DNA from: Thalia democratica
Taxonomy: Eukaryota
Direction of reading: 5' to 3'
Assembly (NCBI GenBank): GCA_965202585.1
Contig: OZ241826.1
Span: 82,274,001-82,338,000, forward strand
DNA length: 64,000 nucleotides
The notes under the pieces were generated by a model. It was not told where the DNA came from, did no database searches, and saw only the letters and a list, made by a program, of their open reading frames with translations. This document shows positions 12,449 to 24,079 of the stretch, one piece after another. The stretch's first letter is position 1; every line of letters begins with the position of its first letter. Position numbers and translations under genes: made by a program.

Positions 12449-13331
12449 GTTAGCTTTATTTATTTGTATGATTAGAAAACTGCTCATTTGTCAATACTAC
12501 AAACTTTCTTAATCTGGTTTCTGCAAAAAATTTGTATTTTTATCGCAGAGTGGCCAAACACTTCAAAAATGTTGAATGTGAAATTTTAAGATAAACAATG
12601 ATAATTTTTGTATAAAATTATAATTTTTCTATTAAAATCCTTGAATGTTTGAACTTATCTATCAATAGGAGTTTAATTATAACTGTAATCTACAAATTAA
12701 ATAAACTAAAGAAAAAAAATCACCTACCTGTAAATAGAATCAAAAACTTTTCTACTTAAATGTTTCTAAAGTTTACTAGATACTTAACTTTTTTTATTCG
12801 ACATTTCTATTTAAGTTAAGTATAAAATTATTAAATTTGATAAAGCAATGAACGTATATAAATCGTAGTAAAGAAAGTTATACATGATAAATATCTTAAA
12901 AGCGTTTTCTAACTTTTTTTTGAAAACACAGTTAAACTAAAGTCGTAGATTAGTTTACTAATAAGTAGCAACCTTTATTTAAAATATTAGTATGTAGTAA
13001 CATTAAACGTTTATAATTTTTATTAGTAATCAAAAACTAGTTTCATGTCAAACTCAATACTTTTCCTGATTTTAAGTTTTAGCTAGCTTAGTATATAAGT
13101 TTTATTTGTTGAGGTATTACAACTAAAACATTCTTTGAATTATTTTTGTAAAAACTATCTACGGAGTTTATACTAGTTAAAATAAAAAGAAACTCGTTGT
13201 ATTCAAGAAACTAATGGCCACCCTGTGATAGAAATATCCGAAATAATCTCACTATATTGTTATTTTAGTTAGCTACAATAACTAAGAAATAATATGTTAA
13301 ATAATTATTAATTTACTTGTTTATATTTTAG

Positions 13332-13421
13332 ATTAATTTTTTGTACGATGAAAAAGTCTCATATACAAGTGATTTTAAAGAAATGATGAATAAAAATCCA
13401 CTAAATTCAGACGCTATACAG
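13332..13421 (+). CDS. Exon, 30 codons, phase 0-0 (INFLYDEKVSYTSDFKEMMNKNPLNSDAIQ)
   Basis: tatattttag acceptor, CAG|gtgtgt donor. Confidence 0.75.
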
Positions 13422-14406
13422 GTGTGTTTGAATTTAGATACGTAATTAATAATAATAAAGACTTGAAAAGCATTTTTCCCCTTTTTTATAGCGTCCGAAA
13501 CACCACAATAAATTTTTTGTTTTCTTTTTCTTCTTTTTTGTAATAATCGTATAATATTTTTAACATCTTTTTGTTTATGATCAATAAAACTCTAATTTTG
13601 TTTTACATTTAAACTTGACAAAGATACTTCTATAAAATAAGAGTTTAATTTTTACAAACAAATAAATTGTGAAAGTGTCAGAAATAAACGGCTTATTTCA
13701 TAGACATAATGTTATGGTTGTTGCTAAAGTCAAAGTTGGCCCATATTGTTTTTAACAAGATGATCTTGTTTTCTATGAATTTATCGGAGCTAAATAATAC
13801 TTTGTTATACTTAACAAAATTAGTGTTGTGTTTGAGATGCAAAGGACCAGATTTAATCAGTTTAAAATGTAAACTTAAACCTTTTATAGCGTTTGTGCCT
13901 TTAACATTTTTTTTAAGTAGAAGTAAGCTCAAAAAATTAAAGTCAACCCGTTTATTTAATAAGTCATGTAATTATTTGATTTGAAGTAAAACTTTTTAAA
14001 GTATAAATTTACTAACAGTATATTGAATTAAATTCATTTCATTTTAAGATACTTTTAGTAATTAATGATATAAGTTTTAAGAATTAACTTAGTTAGTGAA
14101 ATTAAATACTTAGTTAGTGAAATTAAATAAGTTTGCCTATTCAGAATAATTTAATGCTTGACTTTTAAGTCAATTATGGTTAAATAAATTCATTATGTAT
14201 AAAATTTATGGATGTGTACATATATGTAAATACTTATATTACAAAATAATAAATTTATGGATACTAAGAAATTTTAAGTTTAAGTTTTAAGTTAAACTAA
14301 GTAATAAAGTTTAAACCTCTAAACTTTTCTAAGAAACCCGATTATTGGATTTGTTTAAACTTAAAAGGTTTAAAACCTGATTTTTAGAAATGTTAAAACA
14401 AAACAG

Positions 14407-14652
14407 GCTATCAAATTCATCCCAGAGAAAAAGAAAATAGTACAAAAGTTTTTCAATGACAGAATTTTTAAGTTTACGGGCAAGCTAGAAGACTTGTCTA
14501 AATCTATAAACGATAACGTTTTTAACAAATTGAAAAAGAAGGGAAAAGATGTTTTTGGATTTCATAAGTTTAATGAAAATGAAGTCAATATTGTTTCTAA
14601 AGATTTAGAAAAACTCTTTGCAAAATTTACAGTTAGAACCAGCCGAGAAGGA
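14407..14652 (+). CDS. Exon, 82 codons, phase 0-0 (AIKFIPEKKK...VRTSREG)
   Basis: aaaacag acceptor, GGA|gttagt donor, open. Confidence 0.8.
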
Positions 14653-15521
14653 GTTAGTATGTTTTATGTTGTGCAATGAGTTAAATCATACATTTTTGTT
14701 AAGAAAAACTAGTTGAAACTTTTTATTTGCTGATGTATTGAGTCTATTTTAATAGTTTTCAGTAAAATTGTTGAAGATTTTACATAATTTAAACAGACAG
14801 TTGTATAGAATTTGATTAAATTGATACTAATTCAACGTTTTTATACATCTAACTTTTACATACGAAAGTACTGTATCTGAATTTCTGATGGATTTTGTTT
14901 GTCTTCATCCTAAGGTTTCAATATTTTTTTTCGTTTAAATTAATTCGTTTTGATAGAGCAAATGTGTAGCACCTTTTAAAATATACGTTTCAAATGCTTT
15001 AGATACTTTCTTCAAAGATTACATTGTAAAATAATTTTATAAGCTTATTAACTATGTTTCTTTCAGCTATGTGAGCCAGTGCATGGCTCCCATAAAACCT
15101 GTTGTTTTAAAATTTCGTCAAAAAAAAATCGAGAATTCTAAAAAAAAATTAAAAAAAAAAACAACCAGGAATTAATTTGAAACAATTTTTTCATGTTAAA
15201 TGATGAAATTTTGAATAGACTCAAAATCATATAATTTTTTTAAGGATCATTTGAATTTTATTATATAATACGCATTTAAAGTAGCATAACAGTATCTTTT
15301 CGATACTCTAAAAGAGTTTTTTACCTCAAATTTAATTTTATAATCAAACTAAACAAAAGAAATTTGTATTTTCGAAAACCTGGAAGAAATTAAAAAAACC
15401 TGGAAAAAAATCATAAAACTTATGGCAACCCTAGCCAGAAGTGTTACTAAAATTTTTTGTTGTTCCTTTTTTAAAATCTAAAATCTCTTTCTGAAACTAT
15501 ATCTCAACATAAATCGAACAG

Positions 15522-15785
15522 ATTTTTGAAGAAAACGAATTCGTCTACATTTACAAGTCTTGGTTTTATTTTTTTGCTGCATGCCAGAAGTACTTCGATA
15601 ATCCAAACGACAAAAATTTCTTTTCTCTCTCCAAAAGAGCTTATAGAATAGCAACAATGTACAACATTTTAAGAATAATGTTTGAAGGTTGCCGTTCAAT
15701 CGACTCGCGGGATGTTGTGGCAAAACTTGAATCAATTTTTCAAATAAAACCTGAAACAGAATTCACCAGAAAACTTCGTACAATA
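15522..15785 (+). CDS. Exon, 88 codons, phase 0-0 ([25 protein letters not shown]...FTRKLRTI); missed by the ORF track
   Basis: Open in both duplicates; AAG/AAA, CAG/CAA and ATA/ATT differences are synonymous in this frame; ATA|gtttgt donor. Confidence 0.8.
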
Positions 15786-16119
15786 GTTTGTTTCATTCAA
15801 CACGTTTAATATTGGCTACTATTAGCTTATTTTGCTTCGTATAACAATAATATTGTGATTACTGACTAATGTCACACAGACTTTTACTGTTTGGTTAGTA
15901 TTTACAATCATTTTAAAATAAAGTGAACTTTGTGAAGTTTTTCTGTACTTAACAATTAAAACCCATAAATATTAATTTATTTTTAGACTTTAAATTTTTT
16001 TTAGATATCTTAACAGCTAAGCAGTATAGCTAAAGCAGTTTAAGATTTTTCTTGTTTAGAGTTCATCAGCTCAATTCTAGAACCCATAGAAAATGTGCGA
16101 CACTGTGTTTTGTTTTTAA

Positions 16120-16627
16120 GGGCATAGGAGGGGTAAACACTTTTTTGAAAATTTGATCTCATTTTATATAGTTTTTAATAAGCTACAAGATGCTTTTTAC
16201 AGATTTAAAAAAATAATCCCTAAAACTAGTAAAGCCTAAAAATATATCTTCTCCTGCGTTTTTTGAGATAACTGTCTCAAATTTTTAAAAAATTTTTTGT
16301 TTATTTTTTATAAAATATTTTATTTCTAATTTTATTTAAATTTTGTTCCTATATAATTTTCTAAATACATCACTTCCTGAACACTTCCTGAAATTTTGAG
16401 GTAATTATCTCAAAAAACGTAGGAGAAGAAAGTTTTTACTGATTTATAGTTATTCGCCGTTATAGTTTGCTCCTCCCATAAGGAACCTATTGTTGCCTCC
16501 GACTTTGACCAGCTATATCTCAAAAGTTATTTTGAATTTTAAAAGCTGTAAAAACCATCTACTTTCTTAGTAAAAGCTAAATAAAATAAGATTAAATTGT
16601 GAAAGAAGTGTTTACTCCCCTATGCGC
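16120..16627. mobile_element. Kolobok-type MITE (duplicate at 57301-57917)
   Basis: ttaa|gggcataggaggggtaaacac ... gtgtttactcccctatgcgc|ttaa. Confidence 0.8.
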
Positions 16628-16838
16628 TTAATAAACTTTATGTTCTTTGGATTTTGGTTATTTTTGTTTTTTTTTTCAGTTTTGGTGAATAATTAGTATA
16701 TTGTTGTTTTTTCAAAAAATATTTTGTTTTAAGAAAATGTAGCTTCGCTGAGTATCTATTACTTTTGTCAAACACTTTAAAATAAAAAAGTCTGAATTTG
16801 ATCTTTAATTGAAAATTTGAATTTGTTCAATATTTAAG

Positions 16839-17024
16839 GAACATGGTAATGTCTTTTTCACTTGCCTCCTGTTTTGGAAAGGGATGAAAAAGGGATATAT
16901 TAACTGCATGTTTACATTGTATCACCAAAACGTGAAGTATACTCAAAATGAGCTTTTAAATAACGCCATGTTCAGATATGGGGAACTCAGTGAGAAAGCG
17001 CTGAACACCATTGCTCAGATAAGA
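16839..17024 (+). CDS. Exon, 62 codons, phase 0-0 (EHGNVFFTCLLFWKG...NTIAQIR)
   Basis: atttaag acceptor, AGA|gtaagt donor; open in copy 58128-58313. Confidence 0.8.
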
Positions 17025-17495
17025 GTAAGTTTATCTTAGTTTTATGGTTATCTCGCATTTTTTAATCAAAGTTATGAATTTTAATTACTAGTATTTTGTA
17101 TATTAAAAGTTACTATCTATTTTTTTATTGATTGAATTCAACAAAAGTTTGTATAAGTATAAATCGAAACGTTTAAATTTGTATTTGAGAGTAAGTTACA
17201 TAAAACTACTAAATTTCAGAACTAGTGGTACAGCTACTAATATTACTTTAAAGTCTTTTATAGTGCAGATTTTTTTTAAATTTTGGAGGTAGAGACTCAA
17301 TTTAAGATAAAGTTTATAATCTTAGTGAAATAAAATAGTTATCTGTAACTTCCTTGTTTACAAATCATTTGTCTTTCATTTTCAGTAAAATGACTACATT
17401 ATTTTAATATACTCAATACATTTAACTTGCCGCTTTTTATAGTGCTAATTCAAACATAGTTATAGTACATATTTGTCAACTAATTAATTATTTAG

Positions 17496-17702
17496 GCCAA
17501 AATGATCTGTAATTATGAACCAGTGGTTAGCAATTTGCGAGATTTCCACAAAAATACTTTCCCCTTTAAAGAGCTATTAAAAGACCCTGAAAAATTTGCT
17601 GACAATTGGTATAAAAACTTTATGGAGAGCAAGAAACTACCGCGAATTGAAGATATAAAGGAAAAAGCTCCTAATGACCGGTGTTTGTTGGAAAAGATGA
17701 CG
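17496..17702 (+). CDS. Exon, 69 codons, phase 0-0 (AKMICNYEPVV...LLEKMT)
   Basis: tatttag acceptor, ACG|gttagt donor. Confidence 0.8.
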
Positions 17703-18137
17703 GTTAGTATTTAACTTTGACATTAAATAATTTTTAAGATGAACGTTTAAACTAAAATCATAATGCTTAAAAAGCTTAAAACAAGTCTTTTAATTGTTTG
17801 TAACTAATTAACAGTTTAAGTTTTATTAGCTATTTATATACAGAGTTATCTTTAGAACAAATGCAACATTGTAACTTCCACTAAAATTCTAAACAACTGT
17901 CTAAACTAGACAAAACCAAAGTTATTGATTACAGAATGTGAAAAAAAACTAATTGTTTAATACCCATAGGGGAAAGTGGGTCAAGCCATTTTTATACATA
18001 TAAAGTTACTAAATAATTTGGAATTCTTAAATTCCCTGATTTTTGAACATAAATCACTACAAGTCCTAGAATTTTAACAATTTTTACGTGTTAAGTACTA
18101 AAGTTTCAATTGGACACAAAAAAACTATCCTATTGAT

Positions 18138-18556
18138 CAGGATTTCCAAAACTTTTTTCAAATGGCCCCCTTTAAAGATATTAAAAAAGCTATGGCCTCC
18201 TACAACAAATTTACTCAAAAACTACCCTTAAAAACACCGAAGACCTTTTTTCTTTGCCTTTCATTTAAAATTATAGAATATCTAGTGTTAGTTTCAAAAC
18301 TACCCTTAAAAACACTTTAGGCCTTATTTTTTTGCTCTTCATCAGCAACTCCAGAATATCTAGTGTAAGTTTTAAAACTACCATTAAAATACCTGAGACC
18401 TTTTTTTTTGCTCTTCATCTGCAACTAAATAATATATAGTGTAAGTTTCAAATTATTACCCAACTGTGGCTCCTTTACTGCTCATGGCCCCCCTTCTTCC
18501 CCTTTGCTGCTCGCGGCTCCTTGAGTATCAGTCATGGCCTATTTTGGGAAACCCTG
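18138..18556. mobile_element. hAT-type MITE (duplicate at 59420-59839)
   Basis: caggatttccaaa ... tttgggaaaccctg TIRs; same family as 23683 and 34033 elements. Confidence 0.7.
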
Positions 18557-19155
18557 GTGTAGACGCTCTCGGCCTCTAGCCTTACAAAGTTAGTTTTAAG
18601 CACGCTAAGCGTGCCCAACCGTCCGAGAAGACGTCAGGTACTAGTAGGCATACTCGCATAAGTCATCCCGAGCTTGAGTAACCAACACAATGTGTTATCA
18701 GACAATACTGTGAGAGCAGAGGATGATATAACATAAAAAAATGTAAACGCACGTTTCTAATATAAACACTGATATTTAGTAAAATGAGCTACAGTTCAAT
18801 TATCCACAAATGCTAGAAACTGAGGTCTGTTGCTCACGACACAAAATTAGTCTTTTAAAAGGTCTTTTATATTGAAACTACGGCCAAAATACCACATGTG
18901 ATGAAACTGTGGCCTAAACTTGACGAGGTTTCATAAAAAACCTCAATTGTGAACAAATGCATTTTTGCTTCACATGACGCATCACAAACGCCGTCTTGAA
19001 CATAAATAAACCCAAACAAATGTCAATACTAAGGTTAAGTTTTGCTTATTAAAAGCCAACAAAGCTTACCATTACAAGCAAAAACGATCGATAGTTAAGC
19101 ATTCTAATAAATGTTTGCTTTAAAAATTAAGAAAAAAAAAAGTAAATCTACACAG

Positions 19156-19407
19156 GGTAAGGGCAGTTACGATGAGCGGGAGTCAGATTTTCTCAACAAG
19201 CTCGCAGAAGACAGAATCCAGCGTCTTGACCAAAACACAAAAGGTCCATTAAAATTTGAAACAATTGAAAAGGCTCTTGAAAAGCACAATTACATAGCTG
19301 ATGATGATGTTGATCCCCTCAACAATTTGTACAAACGACAAAAAATTGTTGAATTTTAACGACAGATTCATAATGGGATTGAATCACCAATCTGGCCTGC
19401 AATCAAT
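19156..19407 (+). pseudogene. Exon, 84 codons, phase 0-0, with in-frame TAA at 19357 (CAA in copy 60439-60690)
   Basis: tacacag acceptor, AAT|gtgagt donor; GKGSYDERESDF...SPIWPAIN. Confidence 0.8.
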
Positions 19408-19459
19408 GTGAGTGTTGTTACATATTAATATTTTTATTTACTTAGCTTACTAGAATTAC

Positions 19460-20124
19460 GACAATAGGTTTAAAACACTTTTTTTTACAAAAAATATCTT
19501 CGGCTTTTATATGAAAGCTTCAAGTACAAACTACAAGCCAGTTTTTACAGAATTCAAATATATCATTTAACTTTTGAGATTTTTTGTTTTTTTGTAAAAA
19601 GTTTCTGATACAAACGTATGGACTGCAAATTTTTCGGGGTCAATTTTCTCGAAAACTTAAAAAATCACTAAAAATCTATCTCCTCCTACATTTTTCAAGC
19701 AATCTTCTTCAAATTTTCAGGAAATGATCCTTATATTAAGGAAAAAAACGTAATAAAAATAAATTTAAATAGTTAAAAAAAATAAAAATTTTATCACAAA
19801 AAAAAATCTATAAAAAAAAAAGTTTTAACATAAAATTATTTAAAGTCCAAAGTAACGTTTTTTTGTTATTGTATAAAAATTAGACTGTGAAAGTTTGAAT
19901 GAGATTGCTTAAAATGTAGGAAGAGATAGATTTTAAATTAAATAGTCTGTATTTGCTGTTTTAGTTTTCCCATCCCATAGGGAACCTATTATGCGGCCCA
20001 ACTTTGACTGGTCATATCTCAAAAATAATTTGAAATTTTAAACGATAAAAAGCATCTTGAAGCTTATAAAAAACTCTATAAAATAAGATCAACTTGTAAA
20101 AAACATAGCTCTCACCATATGGCC
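19460..20124. mobile_element. Kolobok-type MITE (duplicate at 60743-61395)
   Basis: ttac|gac(c)atagg ... ccatatggcc|ttaa; shared internal family sequence. Confidence 0.65.
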
Positions 20125-20571
20125 TTAACTAACTTTTATTTTTAATGATTTTTTTATACTAAATAGCTAATTGTTTTTTAAATAAGTTTAGGATTCGTAT
20201 AAAAAACCTTAATACTGTTTTAAACTTGATAAAAACAAACTTTAATGCCGAATTTTAGAAAATAAGGAAACAAATTGTGACTCTTAAGATCACGGTTTTT
20301 CAGACTTTTTCTTAACCGCCCACTTGACATAAAATTACAAAATAATAGCATGCCTTTAATATCTATCGCCTTTTACTAGCTGATTACCCATTTATCTTTT
20401 TCCCGCATTACTAGTTTTTCCCCCTTATAGCCAAAATCACCCCAAAGTTTTAGAACCCGTTTTCGCCCACTTTAAGAAACCCTACTTAAAAAGATAGGAT
20501 ACGCTCAGTTTCAACCCGCGCAGATAATTAGAAGGAAAATATATAAACAAATAAGAATAATTAGAAGAGGA

Positions 20572-20708
20572 AAAAATACCAACTAAGGGTAAGGGTTAGG
20601 GATAACAGTAATAGTAAAAAAAAAATTAAAAAAAAGTTTCAAATGGGATTTGATAGGGTTCGAATTGATTCGGGTGGGAAATAATTCGGGTGGGAATTGT
20701 GAGTATAC
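20572..20708 (-). mobile_element. End of a foldback-like element with a TTAGGG-like core (duplicate at about 61843-61978)
   Basis: aagggtaagggttagggataacagtaatagtaaaaa core plus tandem aattcgggtggga subterminal units ending gagtatacc. Confidence 0.5.
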
Positions 20709-21722
20709 CTAAAAAGATATAACATTTGAAATCATATTATTATGATATAAATTTACAATAAATATCATAGTTTAATATCTTTCTTTAATTTTTGTTTTAT
20801 AAAGCTTAATATCTTTTAAAGCTTGTAGCCTAATTTTTGTTAATTTATGATAATAGTTACAACAATCCGTTTTGTCTGATTATATTTAAAGTTATATAAG
20901 CTAGTATTTTTCTTACGCTTATAATTTTTTGCTAAAATTGACTAAATTTTTAAAAACAAATATAATAGTAAAAATAACTTACAGTTCAAAGATAAAACTA
21001 CTTAGATATCTGTATCTACTCCCTAGAATTCATCATAAAAAACAAAACATTTTCTAAACAATTATATTTAACTTAAATTATAACTAAAATTAAAAATCTC
21101 AATAACTAGTTTTAAGTTAAAATCAAAATAGTTATCATAAATACAAAACTAATGATTATTTACTACTTCTTTTTTCACTAAAAGCTTCGCATAAGGTGGC
21201 CAGACCAGCTTGTCTGAAACTCTTTAAAACCATGGAATTAAAAGTTTAGGTTAAAAATGTAAAAAAAAACCTGAAATATGTTATTTTTTAATCCTAGGAA
21301 ATTCTGTAATGTTAAAGTTTAAAAAAAACTTTTTGAAATTATTGCATGGCTCGTATGAGAACTTCACAATCGAAAGATTTAACAATAAACCTAGCATTTA
21401 ATGATTTAAAGTTATAATAAAAACTAAAAATCAGCTTTATAATTTACATATAAAAATCCCAAAAGACATCTAAAAAAATTTATTTACTAACTTAATCTAT
21501 AATAAATATTTTCTTCTAACAAAAGTAGTAGAATAATAATGTTAAAATTATAAGAAATCTTGGATTTTTTTACTTTTTTTGTAAGTTTAACAATGTAAAA
21601 TAGTTGTAAATGTAAAGTTAAATATTTCTAAAACCTAAAGAATGACCTCTTTGTAAACAAACATTTATTAATAAAAAACAAAAATGTTATAATTTTTCAA
21701 AATTTATCGCTTTTTAGTTTAA

Positions 21723-22378
21723 GGGCATAGGGTGGTCCACCTTGATTTTTACAAGTTAATCTTATTATATAGAATTTATCTGAGCTATCAGACATTTTTA
21801 ATCGCTTGAAAAAATTCAAAGTAATTTTTGAGATATAAGTGATCAAAGTCGGTGACCTTAATAGGTTCTTAATGGAAGGCGCAAACTAAAACGCGAAAAA
21901 AGACTATTTCAATAAAAATCTATTTCCTCCTTCATTTTTTAAGCAATCTTCTTCGAATTTTTGAAAAGATTGAATGCAGGAATTTTTTTTTGAAAAATAC
22001 AATTTTTATTGAAAAAAACCACCTATTTTTTTCTTTTTTTTGATCTAAAAGTTTAATTTTTAAATATTTTAAAATTCCAACACTTAACGTCTTTTAAACT
22101 TTAAAAGGAACGTTTCCTGAAAGTTTGAGGTCTCTAGCTCAAAAAATGAAGGAGAAAATAGATTTTTAGTGATTCTTTAAATTTCCGGAAAAATTGACTC
22201 CAAAAAATTTGCAGTCCATATGTTTATATAAGAAACTTTTTATACAAATAATAATATCTCAAAAGTTAGATAAGATTTTTTAATTCTACAAAAACTGGCT
22301 TGTAGTTTGTACTTGAACCTTTAATATAAGGTCCAATGTTATTTTTAGTACAAAAAAATGTCGGATCCCCATATGCCC
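21723..22378. mobile_element. Kolobok-type MITE (duplicate at 62993-63651)
   Basis: ttaa|gggcataggg ... cccatatgccc|ttaa, perfect TTAA TSD. Confidence 0.85.
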
Positions 22379-22398
22379 TTAAACTTAATATTTTACAG

Positions 22399-22471
22399 AA
22401 GCTATATTAAAAGCTATTTAACCTGGTATTGCTGTGAACCTATGTGCAGTAAGGGATTTAAAAAAATCTTA
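22399..22471 (+). CDS. Exon, phase 2-0 ((R)SYIKSYLTWYCCEPMCSKGFKKIL); duplicate at 63672-63744
   Basis: attttacag acceptor, TTA|gtaaga donor; phase matches broken exon 21185-21249 and terminal exon 24080. Confidence 0.7.
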
Positions 22472-23682
22472 GTAAGAGTAAATCTTCTTTTTTAAATTTA
22501 TTTTTTCAAGCCCTAATACTTTTTTTCTTGTTTTATGAGTTTATATTTGTCTTTATTTTTTTTTTTGTAATTTTTTATTATAATTTATTACAATTAACTT
22601 AAAAAGTGATCATCAAAAATTTTGTAGAGTATTTATCTAATAAAATTATATGTTAAATTCAAACAAAAATTTAAACATTACTACACTGTGTGTAATATGA
22701 ATAAATTTAAATACTTCTTGTGTTATATCAGTCATACGGCTGTAATAACATATTATAACAAGGATTGAAAAAACTTATACAGTGCAATGGAGTAGTTCAC
22801 ATTTAAAACTTTATTTTAGTTTGTTTTAGTAGTTTTAGACTATTAAAAACACTTTTTTTTATCATAAGTTTATTTAATACTAAAAACAAACAGAAAATAT
22901 TATACTTCTTAAAAGCTGAAACAAAATTCAGAAACCTTAAATTATTTTCCAATAATAGTTAGAGAAGCTATCAGGTTTGCCAAAAAAAATGGAATCCTTC
23001 AAAACCTTGAACTTACAATTTAGATTTAAAAAAATTAGAAAAACCTTAAATTTCGAACTAAAATCACAAAAAAAAACCTTGGAAACCCTGAGCTATGCAA
23101 GAAGTTGCTAAAAATAGGCCAATTCAAAAAGAAAAATAAGTCTGACTTTAAAAAATACTTAAAATTAACATTAAACTGTAAGTATGTATCAAGGCAATTT
23201 ATGTTTTATTAGTTCTATTTCTAAAAGCAGACTTATGGCAAGGACTTTGATTAACTTAGTTCAAAAAGTAAATACATACTGCAATAGAATAATACGCATA
23301 TAAAAAGTAATACAGTATTTTTCGGTAATCCTAATCTAAAAAACACCTTTAGTCTTTTTTTATTAAAAAGATATTGGGAAATTTGTACATTGAAAAAGTC
23401 GGAACAAAATATGAAAATCGCAAAAAAAATCCAAAATAAGGTTGGCTACCCCGTTAACCAAGAAAATAAATTAATTTTGAATGTTGCTAAGTGTTTTTCT
23501 CCTAGCAAAGATAATGCTACGAATATTAATACTTATAAAAACTTTTTTTTTCATAGAACAAAAGAGAATTTTCTTATCTATAATTTTATGAGAGAAGTTA
23601 GTTATAATAACAAATATGCATTTTTTAGATATCAAAAAACCAAAATGATTCCTGAAACAGCCTGTACCATATTCTTCTAGAT

Positions 23683-23854
23683 CAGGATTTCCCAAACTTT
23701 TCTCAAATGGTCCCTTTAAATAAATTTGGAAAGCTATGTCCCCTTCAACAAGATTACTCAAAAAACTACCATTGAATAACCTAAGGGCTAACACCTTTTT
23801 TTGTATTTTTAAAACTGCTGTTCTAGATAAAAGTATTTTTTATGCTAAGCCCTG
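23683..23854. mobile_element. Short hAT MITE with perfect 8-bp TSD TTCTAGAT
   Basis: ttctagat|caggatttcccaaac ... taagccctg|ttctagat. Confidence 0.75.
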
Positions 23855-24079
23855 TTCTAGATAAAAGTATTTTTAATGATATATATATTATATATAATTT
23901 TTTGTCTTTAATTGTGTTACAACAGAATTGTTTTAGATTTTTCACATTAAAATAATTTAAGAAAAATTAAAAACATTCTAAAAACTATTGTTGTCTTTGG
24001 TTTGTTGTAGTGAATATTTTAAATTTATTTTTTTAATAATAGTGTACTGAAATCACTAGTTAAAAACCAATTTTTACAG

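Larger units (their letters stand above)
15430..22729 (+). repeat. Segmental duplication, copy 1 (partner 56609-64000+)
   Basis: Collinear near-identity of exons, introns and MITEs from cctagccag onward. Confidence 0.97.

Noticed and set aside
15430-17000. RIP- or APOBEC-like directed hypermutation of duplicates
   Set aside because: Differences between copies include many transversions and both transition directions; no context signature seen
18795-21249. TGA read as Trp or Sec (alternative genetic code)
   Set aside because: TGG is used throughout the intact exons, and TAA/TAG stops and frameshifts occur in the same broken exons; decay explains it
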